A stretch of 64,000 nt of DNA from Candidatus Obscuribacteraceae bacterium. GTDB taxonomy: Bacteria > Cyanobacteriota > Vampirovibrionia > Obscuribacterales > Obscuribacteraceae. The stretch spans positions 509,462 to 573,461 of the forward strand of contig JBGAHS010000008.1 of assembly GCA_044226015.1 (NCBI GenBank). The letters run 5' to 3'. Each line of letters opens with the position of its first letter. The stretch's first letter is position 1. A model generated the notes under the pieces. That model was not told the origin of the DNA. It did not search any database and saw only the letters and a program-made list of their open reading frames with translations. Positions 1 through 10,485 of this stretch are shown piece by piece. The position numbers were made by a program, and so were the translations under genes.

Positions 1-3000
1 AAGCGACTGGCAGCGCTTACTCCGATGTTATTACCAGCAGTAAAGTCGATATCGCCAACATTAGGGGCAGAACCGCCAGGATTGAGAATATCGCGCCCAG
101 CGTTAACAACGAGCTTCCCGTTCGAATCATTAATAGTGAATCTGTTAGCGCCAACAGCACCAATACTCACGTCACCAGTAGCACTGGTTGCAGTCAACGA
201 AATAGTTCCGCCAGTGCCTGTACCTGCGGCATTCAAGGTCAGAGAAGTTGTTGGTCCAGCAAAAGTAGAAGCAAGAATGTCGATGTTTGCTCCGGCAGAG
301 GCTGTGCCGTTAGCATTTATTGAAGTAAGCGTTCCGAGGCTCACTACGCCATCGATAGCTCCAGCTGTAGCATCTACCTTGATGCTTGCAGCACCTTTGG
401 TCGCATTCGCGCTGGTGGCAGACAATGAGGTCGCAGCCCCATTGAACAAGATTCCACCGTTTGCAGCACCATTTCCGTTGTTAGCGATAGTGATGGTGTT
501 TGGTGTATCAGCTGCGCCGGCACCATTTGCGGTAAAGTTGCCGGAGATTGTAAGGAGTCCACTTGAAGCTGAATTAACAGCGATTGCACCGGCCGTGCCA
601 CCTGAGGCAGTAGAGGTGATTGCTCCCAGAGTGACGGTGCCTGTTTCACCAGCAAGTGCATTAAGAGATATGGTGACCGAGCCACCATTACCTGCAGTAC
701 CTTGTGAGTTGATGGTGCCGACAGAAATAGAACCTGCGGTGTTGGATTTGCCTGCGTTAATGATTACATTTCCGCCAGTGCTACCGGAACTGTTCAAAGT
801 GCCCGTTACAGTGACACTGCCACCGGCTTCAAGATCAATAGAATTTCCGTTAGTGATAATTGATTTGCCGCCGCCAGCTGTGAGCACCACGTTTCCGGCA
901 CTCGACGTGAAGGTTCCAGATGCAGTAATGTCGCTAGCGGTCGTGGCGATAGTGAGGTTTCCGGTTCCAGCAATCGGATTTCCAGATACAGTCAAAGCGC
1001 CAACGTTGAGCAAGTCATAACTTGTTCCAGCAGAATTGGTGCCAGAAAGTGTGAGCACGCCTGTGTTCCGTACATACACTTCACCAGCAGCTTTCGCCGA
1101 GAGAGTTCCAGCACTCGTCTGCAAGCGTGTGGTCGTTCCAGAATTACCGATGCTTCCTGCGGCATCAAGTGTCAAAGTAGTGGTCGCGGTGAGCACGTTG
1201 GCAGCTACACTGTTGATGTTGCCCGCAGCGCTCGTAGTGATGCTGATCGCATTTGCATTCACACCTGCATTTACGTCCACATTTCCTGCGGCAGTTAAAG
1301 TGAATTTGCCACCACCATTCAGGTTCACACTATTCAGAGTTACTGCGCCACCAGCATCTAGAACCAGTTTTCCGCCGCCATTCAGGGTGCCAGAGACGGC
1401 CAGACCAGTGCTGTCGGAAACGTTGGCGTTTCCAGATGTTGCCTTGACGATACTCAGCACAGGAGTAGTGACCAAAACAGGACCGGTTCCGGTGGAATCC
1501 GCAATATTGCCAGTGGGTGACGACATCGATAGAGAGGCAGTAGCAACAATTGGGTTAGCGCCGACTGTCTGAGTGATGCCGCTGTTAGTGTTCAGAACAA
1601 CCGTGGCAGCTCCGATGCCGCTTCCACTTCCAAATGAAATGGTGTTGCCTGCTCCGGCAGAATTGTCGAGAGTTACTGTACCAGTACTATTAATCTGACC
1701 ATTTACAGCTATGGCTCCATTGAGAACCGAGAAGCCGCCAGCGGTGGTACCAGCACTGAAGTTATGGCTACCCATGTTCAATGTCGAGCCAGCAAGACTC
1801 GTGTAGCCGCCTTGACTTTGAAGAACAATGTCATAGTTAACTGTAAGATTATGGCCTGCACCAGGTCCATCAGAGAAGATGCCGCCTCCAGTAAAGGCAT
1901 TCGAGCCAATCACCAGGGTCTGCGCATTGATGTTAGCCAATTCAGTGTCATCGATAACGAGGTCATAAGGCATTCCGGCGCGGCCAAATCCAATGGTCTT
2001 GCCGTTTGCGTTCTGCTGAATGTTTACACGCACTCCCGCATTGTTAGCGCTGTTTATTGTGCCAGGCATGATGAGATCAACAGTTTGAATAGTCACTTGC
2101 TTGTTAGCATTGACAGCAATGTCACCATTTACGGTAACTGTTCCCGTTCCTGCGGTCTGCAAAATGACACCGTTAGAACCGGTCACAGAGCCAACCGTTA
2201 TGTTAGCATTGTTGCCGCCAACCAGTGAAAAGACACCATTGGTAGCAGTCGCGGTGCCAACAGTCACAGACTTAGTATCTGTGACGTAAGCATCGCCATT
2301 CGAGGCAGTGATGTTCAGGGCTGGAGTCGTTGTACCAATCGCTGCGCCGGAAGAACCAACTGCAGTAGCAGCCGTGAGAGTCACACTAGTGTCGCCGGTG
2401 AGTGCTTTTCCGGCCGCCTGGGTTATCGCACCAGTGAATGACTGAACTGTCACTACACCTGTCGTACCGGTGGTTCCAAAATTACCGTTCAGAGCAACTG
2501 TTGCTCCCTTCACGCTTGCAGAAAGAGGATTGCTTACATCAAGCAGCGTCACGTTACCCTTCTGGGTATCCACGGAGAACACTTTGCCATTCATATTCAA
2601 CGCAGTGCCGGCACCACTCATGGTGAAGCCACCAGTTCCCGAAGCGCTAGACTGAACAAATGACAAATTGTAAGGGGCGGTGTAGCTTGAGCCGTAGCTA
2701 ACGGTGATGCCACCGGTGTTATTACTGGTCCCGATCTGGACCGCGCCGGCAGTGATGCTGTTGAGTTCAGCCTGGCTGATCGACATATCAGCACCGGTGC
2801 CCAAGGTGATGGTCAGCCCGTTCGTGTGCTGCCCGATGGTCACCTGTCCCGCACCCGCATTGATAGTGCCAGCACCCAGGTTGCTAATGTCGGTAGCCAA
2901 AATGGAGATGCTGTTATTAGACCCTGAGGAGATTGCGTTGTTGTAGCTTAGTACTCCAGCAACATCGAGAAATACTCCGTTAGCTCCACTTACATTGTTA

Positions 3001-6000
3001 CTGGTTGCCACACTTCCACCGAACTTGAGCGGTTGAGCTGCGGTACCGACAGACCCACCAGTAGCTGCTGCACTGAAGCTTGCAGTTGTGAGCGTTCCAG
3101 TTCCACCTATGTTTCCGGCAGAAGAAGTGAGGTTGATTGCACTGCCCGAGTTGACTGTAGTAGAAACATTGCCGTTGAAATCAATTGAGGAGCCCGAAAG
3201 CGTGAATGTATTGGCAGTGCCACCGCCTGAGCTGATGGTGCCCGTCGTGATAGCTCCACCCACGTTGACTGTGAGATTCTTGGCAGAATTCATCGTAAGA
3301 GTGCTGTTATTGGTGAATGTTCCAGCCCCGAGGAAACTCAAGTTTGAAGTTGTAGTTACTGCACCACCAATGGTGATGTCAGAACTCGCAGCTTTACCTA
3401 CGGTGACAAGTCCGCCCGTTATATTGCCGAGGGACTGCAGCAGGAAGGAACCAGCGCCTCCATTCACACCAATCGTTGTATTGGAGTTAGGTCTGATTGT
3501 CACATTGCCGCTTCCAGCATTGACAAGTCCGGTGCCCGTCAAGCTAGAACCAATTAAGGTGATTGCAGAGTTAGTGCTAGCCAACGAACCTGTGCCGGTT
3601 AACGTGATGGCACCGCCAGACGTGTCTGCGGTCTGGATGGTCATACCGGTGTCGCCTTTAGCGGTGACAGCAGTATTTACGGTGAAACCACCCGTTCCAG
3701 TTCCGGTGTAAGAGAAACTTCCTCCCGATGCGGTAGTGTTGTTTGCAATCGTAGTGGTACCGTTGTTATTGTTCAGTTGAATTGAACCGTTGACAGTACC
3801 CGCGCCAGCAGGGTTGACGGATAGATTACCGCTGCTGTTAGCCAGGAAAACGTCGCTTCCAGCGCCACCAGTTGAAAAGTTCACGCTAGAGCCGGTCATG
3901 GAAATGACGCCAGCGATGCTATTCTGGATTGGCGAATTCGTGCCAGTCGTTGATAGATTTACAGTCGTTGCAGCGTAGTTTGTTCCATTTAACTGTGTAA
4001 TTGGGTTGCTGTTGCCCTGAGTCGATAGAGTCAAAATCGAGCCGGAAATATCACCATTGGTGATAAGATCTCCAGCTTTTGCCGTGCCCGTGACTGTGCT
4101 CGTGCTGGTAATGGTATTGAGTGTGACACCAGCATCACCCTGAGCCAGCAAAGTGTGTGCCCCCATCGCGAGCGATGAGCCAGCAGCCATGCTGATGGTG
4201 CCCGTGGTGATCAGGTCAAGATTGTATCCTGGCGTCAATGAATTGGCATAAGTGATGTTTCCGGTCACCGTACCTGAGCCGATAACAAGCTTGCCAGCCG
4301 TTATGCTAGTCAAGTCAGTATTGCTTAGATCAAATGCCTGAGCGGTTGCTCCATTTAGAGATATGTTCGAAGCATTCGACTTCGGAAGCAATGTCACAGT
4401 GCCTGTGGTGCTCACTGAGCCAGCGCCACCGTTAAGAGCAATATCAGTAGCCGTGATAGAGACCGGACCAGAACCACCATTTAAAGACTTCGTGGCATTT
4501 ACTGTGAATACACCGTTGGCATCGATAGTGGCTCCCTTGGAGCCTGAAACAGCGCCGTTTATTGTTATGGCTCCTGAGCTGGTGATGCTCAAAGTACTTG
4601 CAGAAGAATCACCAACAGTCAACGTTGCAGCCGTGTTGCTAACCGATGCAGTTGAACTTGTGTTTACAGTGAGGTTGCTAGTGCTTGTCGAAACACTTGA
4701 AATAGCTCCAGATGTAGTGGTCAAGTTGACTGAAGGAGCATTCAAGCCACCAGCCCCGCTTATCGTTCCAGCACCACCATTTATATTGATAGTGCTGCTG
4801 GCAGTTATTCCATTAGTGAAAGTAATTGCGGCTGTGTCATTGATGTTGACCACGCCACCAGAAACTTTACTTGTGGCAGAAATGATGCCTACCTTGTTTG
4901 CACCGGTAGTTGAGCTGACAGTCAGTGCAGCTCCAGCAGTAAGGGTTATGGTGCCAGCTGCTCCTGTCACGCTGTTCGCGGTAATGGCACCATCCACCTC
5001 GAGGGCACCAGTTGTGGTATTGGACTTCAAAGTGATAAAGCCAGCATCTCCGGCTCCGTTACCACTGGAAGTCACAGTTCCAGACACCGTGATGTTGCCA
5101 CCAGAGCCGGCTTTACTAGTATCCAGGTTGATAGCACCACCTGTAGAGGCGCCACCGGTTCCACCAGAGGTATTGATAGCGCCGGTCGAAATCGAGCCAG
5201 AAGTCAGGACGGAGACAAAGCTTACATCAACAGCACCACCGCCATTGCTGCTTGTTCCGCCGCTTGTGTCAATACCACCAGTCGAGATTGTCGCTCCAGC
5301 TCCGGTGCTGCTGCTCTGTACCGTGACAGCCCCAGAAGCATTGGTAAGAGCGCCTACGGTGATGTTGCCTGTCGTTCCGAGAGCTTTGATGTTAATAGCG
5401 CCGCCACTGCCTTTAACCGCAGCACCACCTGTGATATCACCACCTGACAAAAGACTAATTGTCTTGGCACTTGCACTGGTCGAATTATCTACGGTGCCGC
5501 CCAAAGCCAAGCTAGAACTCGAAGAACTACCAATTGTGATGTTGCCTTTACTGTTTACAGCTCCCATGGAGATTGAGCCAGTGTCAGTCGTGTTAACGAC
5601 GATGTCACCAGTCCCCCCCGTGCTGTTTAAAGTGCCTGGATTCGTTAGAGCGCCCGACCCCGAGTGAATCGTAATGTTTCCGCTGCTTGTTACACCACCA
5701 AGAGCACTCACGCCGACCGCATTAATCGATACATCGCCTGTGGCAGTAATACCTCCAAAATTAGTTGTCGTTGTGCCACTGCTCGATGTAAATGTTGAAG
5801 CAGAGTTAACTGCAAACCCTCCACCACTAACAGAGCCCGAGGTCGCTGTGAGCTTGATGCTGCCACCGTTGGAAGTCGTCACGGCAGACCCCAGCGTTAC
5901 TCCATTGGCGCCCGTGAAATCAACATTACGGACGGTTCCGGAGAACTTGGCGGTCGCGGCTCCTGCATTAGTACTATTAACGAAAACATCAGCTGTGTTA

Positions 6001-9000
6001 GAGCCAGTGGTCATGTTGATGTTGGCTGAACTGGAGTAGACGTGCGCAGCATTTGCGCCAATCGAACCAGATTTTGTGGTCAGGTTGACGGTGGCTCCAC
6101 CGATGATAGTGGTCGCTCCAGATGGTGCCACTATACTGCCGGTGCCAGCACCCTGTGACGTGTCTAAGGTGACAGTTGCAGCGCTGGTAGTTGGGGTTGC
6201 GCCGTCTAGGCTGATATTACCGCTATCGTTTCTAACGCTGATAGAGCCTGAAGTGGTCGTGATACTCGCGATAGAGTTTACGCCTGTGCTGCCTACATGG
6301 AGAGCAGTAGCGCTGTTGTCGGTTATGGTGACAGTGCCGCTACCACTCGACAGAGCGCCGACATTGTCCAGCGTGCCTGTACCGCCTGCGAGTGTTATGG
6401 CTCCGTTGGATGTTGTGATGGTCGACCCGTGCAGGTCCATGCCTTGTGATGTTGTGATTCCAGCAGAACTACTTGCCACCGACATTACAATATTGCCAGT
6501 GCCAAGATTAATGTCAGCAGTCTTGCTGTTTATGGAAAGATTTCCGCCTGTAACAGATTGTTGAATATTTCCGTTACTGGTTGTGATAGAAACAGCACCA
6601 TTCGCTGCGGAAATGCTTCCAGCAGCGCCAGCATTGATCTGTACAAATCTTGTAGCGGTGTCAGTTTTGAGTGTTACTCCACCGCTCGGCGCCGATAGTG
6701 CGTTGTTTAATAAGATATTGCCGGTAACAGCCTCGACAGAGACACCCTTCGCACCATTTGCAGTCAGACTGCCCGTAACGGCGTTTCCCGCAGCAATCAC
6801 AGAGATTCCGTTGCCCGATGTAATCGCGGAAGAGGTAGTAGTGATAGCTCCACTGCTATTGCTGAGAATGACATCACCAGTACCTGATGAATTGTTGACG
6901 GCGCCTACAAGTGTGACGGCAGCTGTAGAGCTCGCCGTGCTAGAACCAATGACAATATCACCGGACGAAGTTAGTGTTCCTGTGCCAGTAGAACTCAGGG
7001 TGTTGCCGTTGCCACTTACTATGTTTATTGCACCTTTTGCGGCCCCAGTATTGTTCACCGCAGCCTGAATACTCACGCTTGTGCCATTGGTTATGTTGCC
7101 GATGTTGATGGCACCACCCCCGGCGGAAGTCAGTCCAGCGGTGATCGATATACCGCCAGTAGTGGCGGTGCCTATATTCATCGTGCCAGTCGGAGCAGTG
7201 AGCGCTTGCGTTACATTGAGCCCGTTGCCGCCATCGAGGGTAATGTTGTTCGCTTTGATGGTGCTACTCGTGGTGAGCGTGCCAAGAGTGCTAACCACCG
7301 ATGCACTCGATGGGGTCGTCGTGCCGCCGATAGCACCATAAGTGATGACACCGCTCGTTGAACTCACATTGACAGCCCCGCTGGCATTGATGGTTCCAGT
7401 GTTCACCGTGCCGGACCCTCCCGCCACAGTCACAGCTCCGGCACTGTTGCTGACCGCACCAACCGAGATGTTGGCAGGTGAATTCACCGAGATGGTTCCA
7501 CCAGCTGCTGTTAGAGTACCTGTCGTGACCTGCCCACCACCTGTAACAGTGATCCCAGCGTTTCCTGTGACGTTGCCCAGGCTTATATTGCCTGTCGTGG
7601 AGGCTCCTGTCGTTAATGAGCCTGAAGGAGTGATAGCTCCCCCGACCTGGTTGAGAGTGTATGAAGAGAAGTTGACCGCTGTGTTAAAGACCCCAACAGT
7701 CCCCGTGGTAGAAATGTTTCCAACATTAATAGCTGTTCCGGCAGTCGCTTCAGAAATCAAGGTCACATCGCCACTGCCTGTGCTGACAGTGGTACCTGCA
7801 CCAGTGCTGAGGTCTATGAAGCCGCTTGACCCTGTGGCCACCGCCAGGAAGTTTCCACCCTTCGTGGTGATAGTACCACCAGTGGTACCAAAGTTTATGT
7901 TCCCCCCAACGCCGGAAGAAATGTCTATATTGGCATCTGCAGCGATGGCATCACCGAATGTCGCTGCCTGGGCCTTGCTGTTAGTCAAGTTGACGTAGCC
8001 GCCACCGACAGTAACTCCGGCGAAGAGATAGAGATCACCGCTGCCAGTGTCGATGCTCACGGCTCCTGTCTTCATGTTAATGTTGCCGGCAGCCACTATC
8101 GCGAGATCAGCGTTCGTCGTGGTGATCGACCCGTTTATGCTTATATCACCGCCATTAACCGAGCCGTCATTAACCAAATACGGGTCTTCGGAAAAAACCA
8201 AGTTGCCTATTTGCAAATTATCGGCTTTGGTGACTATGTGAGCCAATCCGGAAGTGGCATTCACAACACCCGAGACATTGCCAACATTCACGTCAAGCAT
8301 GCCGCAGCCAGCATTCAGGTTCATCGTGTTAGACAACCAGTCTCCACCGACCATCTGCGTTAGCGCCTTACCAGCATAGTTCGCTTCACGAACGTTGATC
8401 GTGTTGAGCCCCTGCAAAATGCCGTTAGTATTGTCGATGATCAAATTGGTTGCAGGATTAGCTGTCGCCATGTTCAGCGTATCTAACGCACTCATCAAGC
8501 CTGAGTTGTAGATGCTTCCAGAGCCACTAATGATGTTGATGTTTTGGGCCGCCATAGTGGCAACAGCGCTGTTTGCAGCTGTTGCATTGGTTAGCACTCC
8601 TGTCACATTCAGGTTGAGGTTGCCCGGCACAGCGATGGTGCCATTGTTAGTCAAGCTTCCACCAACGTTGAGTTGCATGTTCTGCGAACCGTAGATGTTA
8701 GCGAGGTTGAGCCCCCACAGCCCATGGGTAGGAAGGTGGCCGGACAACAAGCCGCCCGCGCCTATGTTCAAGTTGCCGCCGATGTTTAACATGGCGGTAG
8801 CGTTCGGGACGTTCTGCAGCGTATAGAGGGAACCCAGGATGTTGGCAGACTGAGCAACGTTGAGCGGATTGGATGTGTTGTATCCGATGGCGTTGACTTG
8901 CAGTCCAGCTGGTACCACTAGGTTGTTGAGATTGTTAGCCCAGCTAGAGCTGACGTTAGCGGTACCACCGAATGCGGCACCTTGTGCGTTGATGAGGATG

Positions 9001-9377
9001 TGCTGACCAGCCATGGCTCCGGCTGTGTGAACTGATTGCCAGAGAGCTGCGTTCTGAGCTGGGGTTAGCAGCATCCCCTGGATGACGTTGAGCGGAGTTC
9101 CACCGGTCACGGTCCCATTCGAACCTAGCTGACCCCCGACATAGATCGTGCCCGACCTCGTCGCGGCGACGGTGCCTGTCGTAGCCGCAAAATCGAGGTT
9201 GTTAACCGCCGAGTTCTGGTTCGTTGTGCCACCACCAGCCTGGCTCGCACCAGGTCGGCCTTGACCCATAGCAGCCATCGGCAACATCAAGTTCGTCAGG
9301 AACATCATTCCTGACAGAGCCAACATCGTCGAGCTACTCGAAGATTTTTTCAGGGACTTCAGAGTTTTCCGAGCCAT
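1..9377 (-). CDS. Giant secreted Gly/Thr/Asn/Ser/Ala-rich beta-helical adhesin / filamentous-haemagglutinin-like surface protein; 5' part only (>3125 aa, runs off the left edge)
   Basis: ATG at 9377 gives MARKTLKSLKKSSSSSTMLALSGMMFLTNLMLPMAAMGQ (signal-peptide-like). The same frame reads ...GNNIGVSAASR at the window start. Spot translation gives FHA-like repeats (SISQAELNSITAGAVQIG, DLSNTDLTSITAGKLVIG). Absent from the ORF track, consistent with its stop lying outside the window. Not every codon was checked. Confidence 0.9.
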   Translation of the reverse strand, partial: MARKTLKSLKKSSSSSTMLALSGMMFLTNLMLPMAAMGQGRPGASQAGGGTTNQNSAVNNLDFAATTGTVAATRSGTIYVGGQLGSNGTVTGGTPLNVIQGMLLTPAQNAALWQSVHTAGAMAGQHILINAQGAAFGGTANVSSSWANNLNNLVVPAGLQVNAIGYNTSNPLNVAQSANILGSLYTLQNVPNATAMLNIGGNLNIGAGGLLSGHLPTHGLWGLNLANIYGSQNMQLNVGGSLTNNGTIAVPGNLNLNVTGVLTNATAANSAVATMAAQNINIISGSGSIYNSGLMSALDTLNMATANPATNLIIDNTNGILQGLNTINVREANYAGKALTQMVGGDWLSNTMNLNAGCGMLDVNVGNVSGVVNATSGLAHIVTKADNLQIGNLVFSEDPYLVNDGSVNGGDISINGSITTTNADLAIVAAGNINMKTGAVSIDTGSGDLYLFAGVTVGGGYVNLTNSKAQAATFGDAIAADANIDISSGVGGNINFGTTGGTITTKGGNFLAVATGSSGFIDLSTGAGTTVSTGSGDVTLISEATAGTAINVGNISTTGTVGVFNTAVNFSSYTLNQVGGAITPSGSLTTGASTTGNISLGNVTGNAGITVTGGGQVTTGTLTAAGGTISVNSPANISVGAVSNSAGAVTVAGGSGTVNTGTINASGAVNVSSTSGVITYGAIGGTTTPSSASVVSTLGTLTTSSTIKANNITLDGGNGLNVTQALTAPTGTMNIGTATTGGISITAGLTSAGGGAINIGNITNGTSVSIQAAVNNTGAAKGAINIVSGNGNTLSSTGTGTLTSSGDIVIGSSTASSTAAVTLVGAVNNSSGTGDVILSNSSGAITTTSSAITSGNGISVIAAGNAVTGSLTANGAKGVSVEAVTGNILLNNALSAPSGGVTLKTDTATRFVQINAGAAGSISAANGAVSITTSNGNIQQSVTGGNLSINSKTADINLGTGNIVMSVASSSAGITTSQGMDLHGSTITTSNGAITLAGGTGTLDNVGALSSGSGTVTITDNSATALHVGSTGVNSIASITTTSGSISVRNDSGNISLDGATPTTSAATVTLDTSQGAGTGSIVAPSGATTIIGGATVNLTTKSGSIGANAAHVYSSSANINMTTGSNTADVFVNSTNAGAATAKFSGTVRNVDFTGANGVTLGSAVTTSNGGSIKLTATSGSVSGGGFAVNSASTFTSSSGTTTTNFGGITATGDVSINAVGVSALGGVTSSGNITIHSGSGALTNPGTLNSTGGTGDIVVNTTDTGSISMGAVNSKGNITIGSSSSSSLALGGTVDNSTSASAKTISLLSGGDITGGAAVKGSGGAINIKALGTTGNITVGALTNASGAVTVQSSSTGAGATISTGGIDTSGGTSSNGGGAVDVSFVSVLTSGSISTGAINTSGGTGGASTGGAINLDTSKAGSGGNITVSGTVTSSGNGAGDAGFITLKSNTTTGALEVDGAITANSVTGAAGTITLTAGAALTVSSTTGANKVGIISATSKVSGGVVNINDTAAITFTNGITASSTININGGAGTISGAGGLNAPSVNLTTTSGAISSVSTSTSNLTVNTSSTASVSNTAATLTVGDSSASTLSITSSGAITINGAVSGSKGATIDANGVFTVNATKSLNGGSGPVSITATDIALNGGAGSVSTTGTVTLLPKSNASNISLNGATAQAFDLSNTDLTSITAGKLVIGSGTVTGNITYANSLTPGYNLDLITTGTISMAAGSSLAMGAHTLLAQGDAGVTLNTITSTSTVTGTAKAGDLITNGDISGSILTLSTQGNSNPITQLNGTNYAATTVNLSTTGTNSPIQNSIAGVISMTGSSVNFSTGGAGSDVFLANSSGNLSVNPAGAGTVNGSIQLNNNNGTTTIANNTTASGGSFSYTGTGTGGFTVNTAVTAKGDTGMTIQTADTSGGAITLTGTGSLASTNSAITLIGSSLTGTGLVNAGSGNVTIRPNSNTTIGVNGGAGSFLLQSLGNITGGLVTVGKAASSDITIGGAVTTTSNLSFLGAGTFTNNSTLTMNSAKNLTVNVGGAITTGTISSGGGTANTFTLSGSSIDFNGNVSTTVNSGSAINLTSSAGNIGGTGTLTTASFSAAATGGSVGTAAQPLKFGGSVATSNNVSGANGVFLDVAGVLSYNNAISSGSNNSISILATDISNLGAGTINAGAGQVTIGQHTNGLTITLGTGADMSISQAELNSITAGAVQIGTSNNTGGITVSYGSSYTAPYNLSFVQSSASGTGGFTMSGAGTALNMNGKVFSVDTQKGNVTLLDVSNPLSASVKGATVALNGNFGTTGTTGVVTVQSFTGAITQAAGKALTGDTSVTLTAATAVGSSGAAIGTTTPALNITASNGDAYVTDTKSVTVGTATATNGVFSLVGGNNANITVGSVTGSNGVILQTAGTGTVTVNGDIAVNANKQVTIQTVDLIMPGTINSANNAGVRVNIQQNANGKTIGFGRAGMPYDLVIDDTELANINAQTLVIGSNAFTGGGIFSDGPGAGHNLTVNYDIVLQSQGGYTSLAGSTLNMGSHNFSAGTTAGGFSVLNGAIAVNGQINSTGTVTLDNSAGAGNTISFGSGSGIGAATVVLNTNSGITQTVGANPIVATASLSMSSPTGNIADSTGTGPVLVTTPVLSIVKATSGNANVSDSTGLAVSGTLNGGGKLVLDAGGAVTLNSVNLNGGGKFTLTAAGNVDVNAGVNANAISITTSAAGNINSVAANVLTATTTLTLDAAGSIGNSGTTTRLQTSAGTLSAKAAGEVYVRNTGVLTLSGTNSAGTSYDLLNVGALTVSGNPIAGTGNLTIATTASDITASGTFTSSAGNVVLTAGGGKSIITNGNSIDLEAGGSVTVTGTLNSSGSTGGNVIINAGKSNTAGSISVGTINSQGTAGNGGSVTISLNALAGETGTVTLGAITSTASGGTAGAIAVNSASSGLLTISGNFTANGAGAADTPNTITIANNGNGAANGGILFNGAATSLSATSANATKGAASIKVDATAGAIDGVVSLGTLTSINANGTASAGANIDILASTFAGPTTSLTLNAAGTGTGGTISLTATSATGDVSIGAVGANRFTINDSNGKLVVNAGRDILNPGGSAPNVGDIDFTAGNNIGVSAASR

Positions 9378-9449
9378 ATTCACATCCACCTTCAGAGAAA
9401 TAAACGCACATCCACATCGCGTTTCTTGTTAGAGATGTCGTTCTCATTC

Positions 9450-9491
9450 GCCGAACCCCTTCGGCTTAACGATCGCTAATCTCCATTAGCG
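9450..9491 (-). promoter_or_regulatory. Two perfect hairpins with purine-rich loops (GGAG, GGGG) in the 5' leader of the giant gene
   Basis: Minus strand CGCTAAT-GGAG-ATTAGCG (9474-9491) and GCCGAA-GGGG-TTCGGC (9450-9465). Confidence 0.45.
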
Positions 9492-9670
9492 TAATCCCCC
9501 CCAGCGGGCCGGTATAAACTCCGTCAGTTGACCGATAAGTTCATGACAAGCGGCTTTCAAGCATTTTTCCAGTCACAGTAATGCCCCGAAACCGATTGTT
9601 TTCGGAAACAAAATTTTCCAAGGGGAAACTAAAGCGGCAGAATCGTTTTGGCAAAAATCAGTACAATGAC

Positions 9671-9710
9671 GGATGCGGTTTTGTTAACAGTTCTTAACAA
9701 AACCACATCC
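9671..9710. promoter_or_regulatory. 17-bp inverted repeat with 6-bp spacer (operator or hairpin)
   Basis: ggatgcggttttgttaa-cagttc-ttaacaaaaccacatcc, one mismatch. Confidence 0.45.
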
Positions 9711-10094
9711 TGACAATCCTTCCTTTGGAGGGACGTCACATAAAGAATTCGAGGATTAGGGGTTCAGAAACGAGTTTCGGATGATTTTCCCAAGGTGTAT
9801 CTAAAATCCAAGCGAGAACTTTGGCGTATGTGTATCTCAAAAGTTCCCGAGAAAAAGAAATTCGAAAAATCCACGAATTCGGAGACTATCCCATGAAAAA
9901 GCTCATTGAGAGCGAACGCCAGCCGGAATGAGGAATAGAATGCAAACAGTTCGAGCAAGCAATTTCTCGCGTGACAAACAGCCAATAGCTCGGAAGCCCT
10001 GTGGTCCAACGCTTCGCATGTAATACGGCGTAAGTTATGTTTGCTGTTTTACTAAAATGCTTCGAGTCTATTCCTTTAAGAAAACGCGCAAAAT

Positions 10095-10334
10095 CTAAGA
10101 AGCTTTACCCCTCTCCCAAAGCTCAATCGCACGCTTGAAATAGACAGACCCCTCAGCAGGACGACCCTGCTCAGAGCAAAGTTCACCTAGCCTGATCAAG
10201 GCGAGAGCTTTATGACTGCTTTCGCCGCTAGTCGAAAACAAAGTCCAGTAAAGCTGTTCTGCAAGCTCATGCTTGCCGCATTTCTGGTAAATGCTAGCCA
10301 TACGCTGTATTTCCGCTGGTGACCTGTCATGCAT
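10095..10334 (-). CDS. Small TPR-like protein
   Basis: 79 aa; TPR pattern ALIRLGELCSEQGRPAEGSVYFKRAIEL. Confidence 0.7.
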   Translation of the reverse strand: MHDRSPAEIQRMASIYQKCGKHELAEQLYWTLFSTSGESSHKALALIRLGELCSEQGRPAEGSVYFKRAIELWERGKAS

Positions 10335-10485
10335 TTTTTTTTGCCATTTCTAAATCGATAACCCAAGTGACTCTGATGGCGAGCGACGATGCAATTGGTT
10401 CCCATTCGAGCCCAATTCTCTACAGATTTTGCGCCACTGCGCGAAAGCTCTGTTAGTAAGCTCTTCACCTTGCTAAAATGTCTGC

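Noticed and set aside
25..8694. Many plus-strand Pro/Val/Ala-rich ORFs up to 434 aa
   Set aside because: They are antisense shadows of the giant minus-strand gene.
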